Of a DNA stretch of 64,000 bases, positions 59,776-64,000 are shown piece after piece. Numbering within the stretch: position 1 is the first letter of the stretch; the number at the start of each line of letters is the position of its first letter. Below the pieces are notes generated by a model. It was not told the origin of the DNA. It did no database searches and saw only the letters and a program-made list of their open reading frames with translations. This stretch comes from Gemmiger formicilis (GTDB lineage Bacteria; Bacillota_I; Bacilli_A; RFN20; CAG-826), in assembly GCA_963612735.1 (NCBI GenBank), contig CAVDWX010000092.1:3439-67438 (forward strand), read 5' to 3'. The translations under genes and the position numbers were made by a program.

Positions 59776-60834
59776 GTGAACATAATGAATAATGAATTAA
59801 AAACTGGCATTATCGCCGCATTAGAAAATAAACCTTCTGCTAATTTTAGTGCAGAAGATGTCAATAACGCTGCTATCTCTGCAATTTGTAAAGAATTAGG
59901 TTTAGGTGAAAATCCATCTGCTCGTGAAATTCGTGCCGTAGCTCCTCAAGCTTTTGCATTAATTGAAGAAGCAGTAGACGAAATTTTACCTAAAAAATTA
60001 GAACAAGTATTAGGCGAATTCGCAGAAGTTAAATCTTTTGCTCGTGACGCCGAACCTTTGTTTAATATTGATAAAATCGGTAAAAACCGTGCTAAATTAA
60101 CTATTGCTAAAGGCGCTCGTGGTGGTATCTATAGAGCAGCTAGATTAGATAGCAAATATTTTAGCTTAAAAACTCATGTTGAGAGTGTGGCAGTATATGT
60201 AACTTTAGAAGACATTTTACTTGGCACTGCAAGTTTAAGTGAATTATTTAATAACGTTCTTGAAGGAATGGAAGAAATTGTTTATAAACAAGTATTTGAA
60301 GCATTAGCATCAGGTACATCTACTTTAACAGGCAATGCAGTAAAAGATTCAAATGGTCTTTATAATGCTATTAAATATAATGGCGGAACTGCTATTGCAG
60401 CAACTTCAGCAGCATTAGCTCCTGCATTAGACGAAGTATTACCAAAAGTTAAACAATATGGTGTTCCTATGATCTTTGGATCTTATGAAGTTTTAAGTAA
60501 ACTTAATAATGAAGGAATTGAATTCCATCCTGAATTAAAAGATTCTGAAGATAAGAGAAATTATGGCTTTATTCAAATTTATAAAGGTGTTAAAGTTGTA
60601 GAAATTCCTAACTATTTAATTGATAACCGCAATGATAAATGGTTCTATGACAACTCAACAGTATTTGTAATTCCATCTGGTGTTAAACCTGTTAAAGTTG
60701 CTTTACGTGGAGACTTAGAAATTCAACGTAATGAATCAGCAGTTGGTTCAGAAAAATGGGAAGCTCATAAATTAATCGGTGTTGGTGTTGCTATGGCTAA
60801 CAACTATGCTGTTATTAAGGTTACTCTTAACTAA
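59776..60834 (+). CDS. major capsid protein
   Basis: 352 aa, strong RBS aggagcgaggtg, typical position and size for an HK97-fold MCP. Followed by the strong RBS of the next gene. Confidence 0.6.
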   Translation: MNIMNNELKTGIIAALENKPSANFSAEDVNNAAISAICKELGLGENPSAREIRAVAPQAFALIEEAVDEILPKKLEQVLGEFAEVKSFARDAEPLFNIDKIGKNRAKLTIAKGARGGIYRAARLDSKYFSLKTHVESVAVYVTLEDILLGTASLSELFNNVLEGMEEIVYKQVFEALASGTSTLTGNAVKDSNGLYNAIKYNGGTAIAATSAALAPALDEVLPKVKQYGVPMIFGSYEVLSKLNNEGIEFHPELKDSEDKRNYGFIQIYKGVKVVEIPNYLIDNRNDKWFYDNSTVFVIPSGVKPVKVALRGDLEIQRNESAVGSEKWEAHKLIGVGVAMANNYAVIKVTLN

Positions 60835-60897
60835 TAACAATATTTAAGGAGGAGGACTTTCCTCTTCCTTCTTTAAATAAAGAAAGGAGACATTCTA

Positions 60898-61377
60898 ATG
60901 TCTGAAAACAGATTTTTTAAAATTATTAAAACAACACCTGATCAAGTTATGTTTGTATTACACTCTGTTAACAATCCAAGTTTAAATAAACTTGTGAGAT
61001 TAACTGATCGTATTCCAGAACAAACAGTTCCAGTAGATTGGGCTTTAGATTTGTTCTTAAATGAAGAAAATTATCAACTATTTAAAAATGGTTGTATTAC
61101 AGTAAATGATGTTCAAGGACTTACCGAAGCAGCGATTAAAGCTGGAGTTTACTTTGGTGCAGAACTAGATTTTGTGCCTGCAAAAGTTGAAGATTCTAAA
61201 CAAATTTTAGCAATTGTTAAAAGTGGCACTCGTAGTAAAATTTTAGATGCAATCAAAACATATGGAGAAGAAAGGGTTAAAACAGTAGTAGTTAGTAACG
61301 TAAGTGAATTAACATCTGGTGTTATTCAAATGCTTGAAGGTATTTTTAAAATCCAATTAACAATGGATATTGAGTAA
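60898..61377 (+). CDS. hypothetical head-tail protein
   Basis: Intact ORF with RBS aaggaggagg. Confidence 0.4.
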   Translation: MSENRFFKIIKTTPDQVMFVLHSVNNPSLNKLVRLTDRIPEQTVPVDWALDLFLNEENYQLFKNGCITVNDVQGLTEAAIKAGVYFGAELDFVPAKVEDSKQILAIVKSGTRSKILDAIKTYGEERVKTVVVSNVSELTSGVIQMLEGIFKIQLTMDIE

Positions 61378-61416
61378 AATAGTAAAACGATAAATATTAA
61401 CACGGAGGTAGAAAAC

Positions 61417-61950
61417 ATGGCAGACTTACAATATTGAGATAGTATCTTATATCCATCTTTTAGGGCTACAATTCGTGGAGAATATTACGGTATTATTTCA
61501 CAAGATGACTTGGATGAAGAATGTTATAACATTGCATGCCGAGCAATTGCCGCATTTAAATTTCCGAAAATTTCTACCGCATATGAAACTTTTTATGCTA
61601 TTCGCAATGAAGAGACAAATGCTATCGAAGAAGTAAGTGAAGATGATGAAAATTTTGAAGATGCTATTCCGCACGGTCGTTTCTTAAATCCTATGGGTTA
61701 TGAAGAAATCGAAGTAATCTTAGCATGGATGAAAGTTTTCTGGTGCGAACATCTTTTATCAAATAGTGATAACTTTGATGGTATTTATACTGACTCTAAT
61801 ATTAAAACATTCTCACCTGCTAATTTAGTAGATAAAAACACTAACCTACTTAAGGTATATAGAGAAAATGCTAAAGACATTGAGAATCGTTATAGTAGAG
61901 TAAATTCTTTACGTCGTCCTTCTTTAGGAGATGTAAATAGCGATGAGTAA
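61417..61950 (+). CDS. hypothetical head-tail connector protein (TGA read-through)
   Basis: ATG at 61417 with RBS ggaggtag. In frame with ORF 61510..61950 through TGA. Confidence 0.4.
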
Positions 61951-62746
61951 TTCATTCGAACGTTTTCGTCGCACCAATCAACAACGTGTTCAAGCTAATA
62001 AAAAACTAAATAGTCAATTTATTATTAAAGGTTATCCATCTATTGAAATTACAAATGCTAATGCCGAGAAACAATTAGCATGCGTAGTCAATAAACAAGA
62101 AAAAGATTTGGCTTATATTTATACTTTTATCAATGAACCTTTAACTGTCGGCAGCATTTGGAGTGCGAAAGGTCTTAGTTGGCTTATTGCCGAAGAAATT
62201 GTTGTTATTAAAGATGTTGATTGGCATAAATATCAAGCATATCTTTGTAATGTGCAAATTGATGATAGTTGAGGATATTTTGTTGGACCGGAAAAATCTT
62301 ACATTAATGTTTCGTTAAAGCAAGACGTAGTATTGCAATCTCAACAAAAACCTCTATTAGTTTTGCCATCTGTAAAAGCATTGGCAATTAATGATATTGT
62401 TGTTATAAAAGGACGTCCTTGGTTAATTCAAGAGATAGATAATATTAGTACAGATGGCTTAGTATATTATTCATTACGTCCAACAACTGTAGATAAAGAT
62501 ATTTCGGCGGAAGAAAATTATATTTATCGACCAGAGTTAGAAAAGCCGCAATTTGAAAATAGTGAGGGACATGATCAATTGATTACTCAAACTACAGAGC
62601 AAGGCTATTTCTGACGTTCAACTGAAGCCATCGAAATTATTCAATTAAGCCGCAACTCAGTTACTTTTAAAGTGCCTTTTGGTTTAAAGAGCGCTACTTT
62701 TAAAGTTAAACAAGGCGGTCAAATTATTACAAAGCAGGTGCAATAA
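61943..62746 (+). CDS. hypothetical structural protein (about 267 aa, two TGA=Trp)
   Basis: ORFs 61943..62272 and 62333..62614 share a frame and continue to the TAA at 62744. Confidence 0.4.
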
Positions 62747-62747
62747 T

Positions 62748-63260
62748 ATGAAGAGTTTAGAAACAATTAAAAGAACTTTATTTGAAATTGCACAGACTTT
62801 AAGTCAAAATACTTATTTACAACAATTATTAATTGAAGATAATAATGATATTCAAAAAGGCAATCCAACTTTTACTATTCATAGTATTAATGATTTAATG
62901 GATGGACAATATATTTGCTTAGATGCTCACTTGGAGAATGGTATTGTAAATCATGGCCGAAACTCTTTTATCATAATCCATTTAGATAGTATGAGTTTTA
63001 AACAAAGCGGAAATAATATTCCTGTTTATGGTTCTATTTATATAGCAACTGATAAAAATCATGTTATGCTTACTGAAAATCGTCAAAGATTATGAGAAAT
63101 GATAGATGAAATTTATAAAACTATTGATGGAAAGAAATTCTCTGCCGCAGGAGTTCTTGAGATTAAAAATGTTTCATCTGTTGTGTATTCTGAATATAGT
63201 TTTGGATATCGTATAAGTTTTGAATTTAAAGAACAGGAACAAAGAAAGGCGGTGTTATAG
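62748..63260 (+). CDS. hypothetical structural protein (about 170 aa)
   Basis: ORF 62748..63095 continues through TGA to the TAG at 63258. Confidence 0.4.
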
Positions 63261-63995
63261 TTGAATTCTTCTTTTAAAGATGACTTTTCATTAACACGAC
63301 TTTTTATGACAAAGGACATTAACGTACGCACAAGTGATGGTGGAAAATTTGTTTTCCACTGTCCTAGTGTTCGTGATTTATTTTTAAATGAAGATATGAG
63401 CTTAACTATCTTTTGTATTACTACATCTGATGAGAAAGTTCAAAATGTTATGAGTTTAAAGGCAGATAATCGTTTAGACTTCTTTGAAAAATTGTTTTTT
63501 GAATTTGGGGGGTATAAACAAATTAGTCCTCTAGTGCAAAAACTTTCTACAAGTTTAAAGCAATTATTACCAGGTTTTGAATTAAATTTTCAGACTAAGA
63601 CTTTTGAAGTAAATGATCTTACTATTACAAAGGAAATTTGAGATTATATCACATATTTAGTAAAATTATCTTGTGGAGAAAAGGTATCCCAACCTCTAAT
63701 CTTTGATTCACTAGAGGCCGAAGCTTTTTGAAAAAAGCAACAAGAAATGGATGCTAAAATTAAAAAGTTAAAGGCAGATAAAGAAGGAGATCCAGAAGGT
63801 TTAATTAAAAATCTGATGGCAATTACATATAGTTTTCCTTCTTTTACAATTGATTATTTATATAATCAAACCATGGCTCAAATTCACTGACTCCGAGAAC
63901 TAGCCGCGGGAGAAGTGTCTTATCGTTTGCAATCGCAAGCCGCAGCGGCGGGAAATATAAAAAAGGGAAATAAATTAAACTTTTTTATTAAATAA
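63261..63995 (+). CDS. hypothetical structural protein (TGA read-through; start codon uncertain)
   Basis: ORF 63261..63641 continues through several TGA codons to the TAA near 63993. Confidence 0.3.
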
Positions 63996-64000
63996 GAGGT

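Noticed and set aside
1-64000. Prophage/integrative element hallmarks (integrase, att sites, repressor-cro switch)
   Set aside because: No tyrosine or serine recombinase, no flanking direct repeats, and the gene content (own sigma factor, nucleotide metabolism, homing endonucleases, strong early promoters) fits a virulent phage.

Overview
AT-rich window from a large tailed phage (Caudoviricetes) whose coding sequences read TGA as tryptophan (translation table 4). Conserved motifs pin this: the GIY-YIG RW-x-x-H motif is spelled AGA-TGA in three copies, and GyrB, RNase H and permease alignments only stay in frame if TGA is read through. The host is therefore a code-4 bacterium (Mollicute-like), or the phage is TGA-recoded. 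Layout: positions 1-53,000 form a long minus-strand early/middle region driven by about 27 near-perfect sigma70 promoters (TTGACA-N17-TATAAT). It encodes replication and nucleotide-metabolism functions: a topoisomerase II large subunit split by three related group I introns (one carries a GIY-YIG homing endonuclease), a UvrD-like helicase, a polynucleotide ligase, RNase H, two or three DEDD exonucleases, dUTPase, an NT5C-type deoxyribonucleotidase, a nucleoside 2-deoxyribosyltransferase, a uracil permease, a MazG-like pyrophosphohydrolase, a thioredoxin reductase, two metallophosphoesterases and a phage sigma70-family factor. It also carries three more free-standing GIY-YIG endonucleases, several tRNAs or tRNA-like elements (one with anticodon UCA and a long variable arm), GC-rich structured noncoding islands, and a Ro60/Rsr-like TROVE(DUF2828)+vWA protein. 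A plus-strand tail-fibre block (16,062-23,000) contains two proteins with intein/Hint modules. The plus-strand late block (53,100 to the end) encodes a zinc-ribbon protein, terminase large subunit, portal, protease/scaffold, major capsid and head-tail proteins. The most unusual feature is a 5-kb control region at 45,100-51,600 with a co-oriented GCAGACGGAA motif array (about 30 copies, including periodic copies inside coding sequence), a tandem array of five promoter units, 16-bp ATGAAAACGTTTTCAT palindromes, 17-bp tandem repeats and four paralogous small winged-helix proteins. Coordinates of TGA-joined genes and of splice sites are approximate (worked out by hand).
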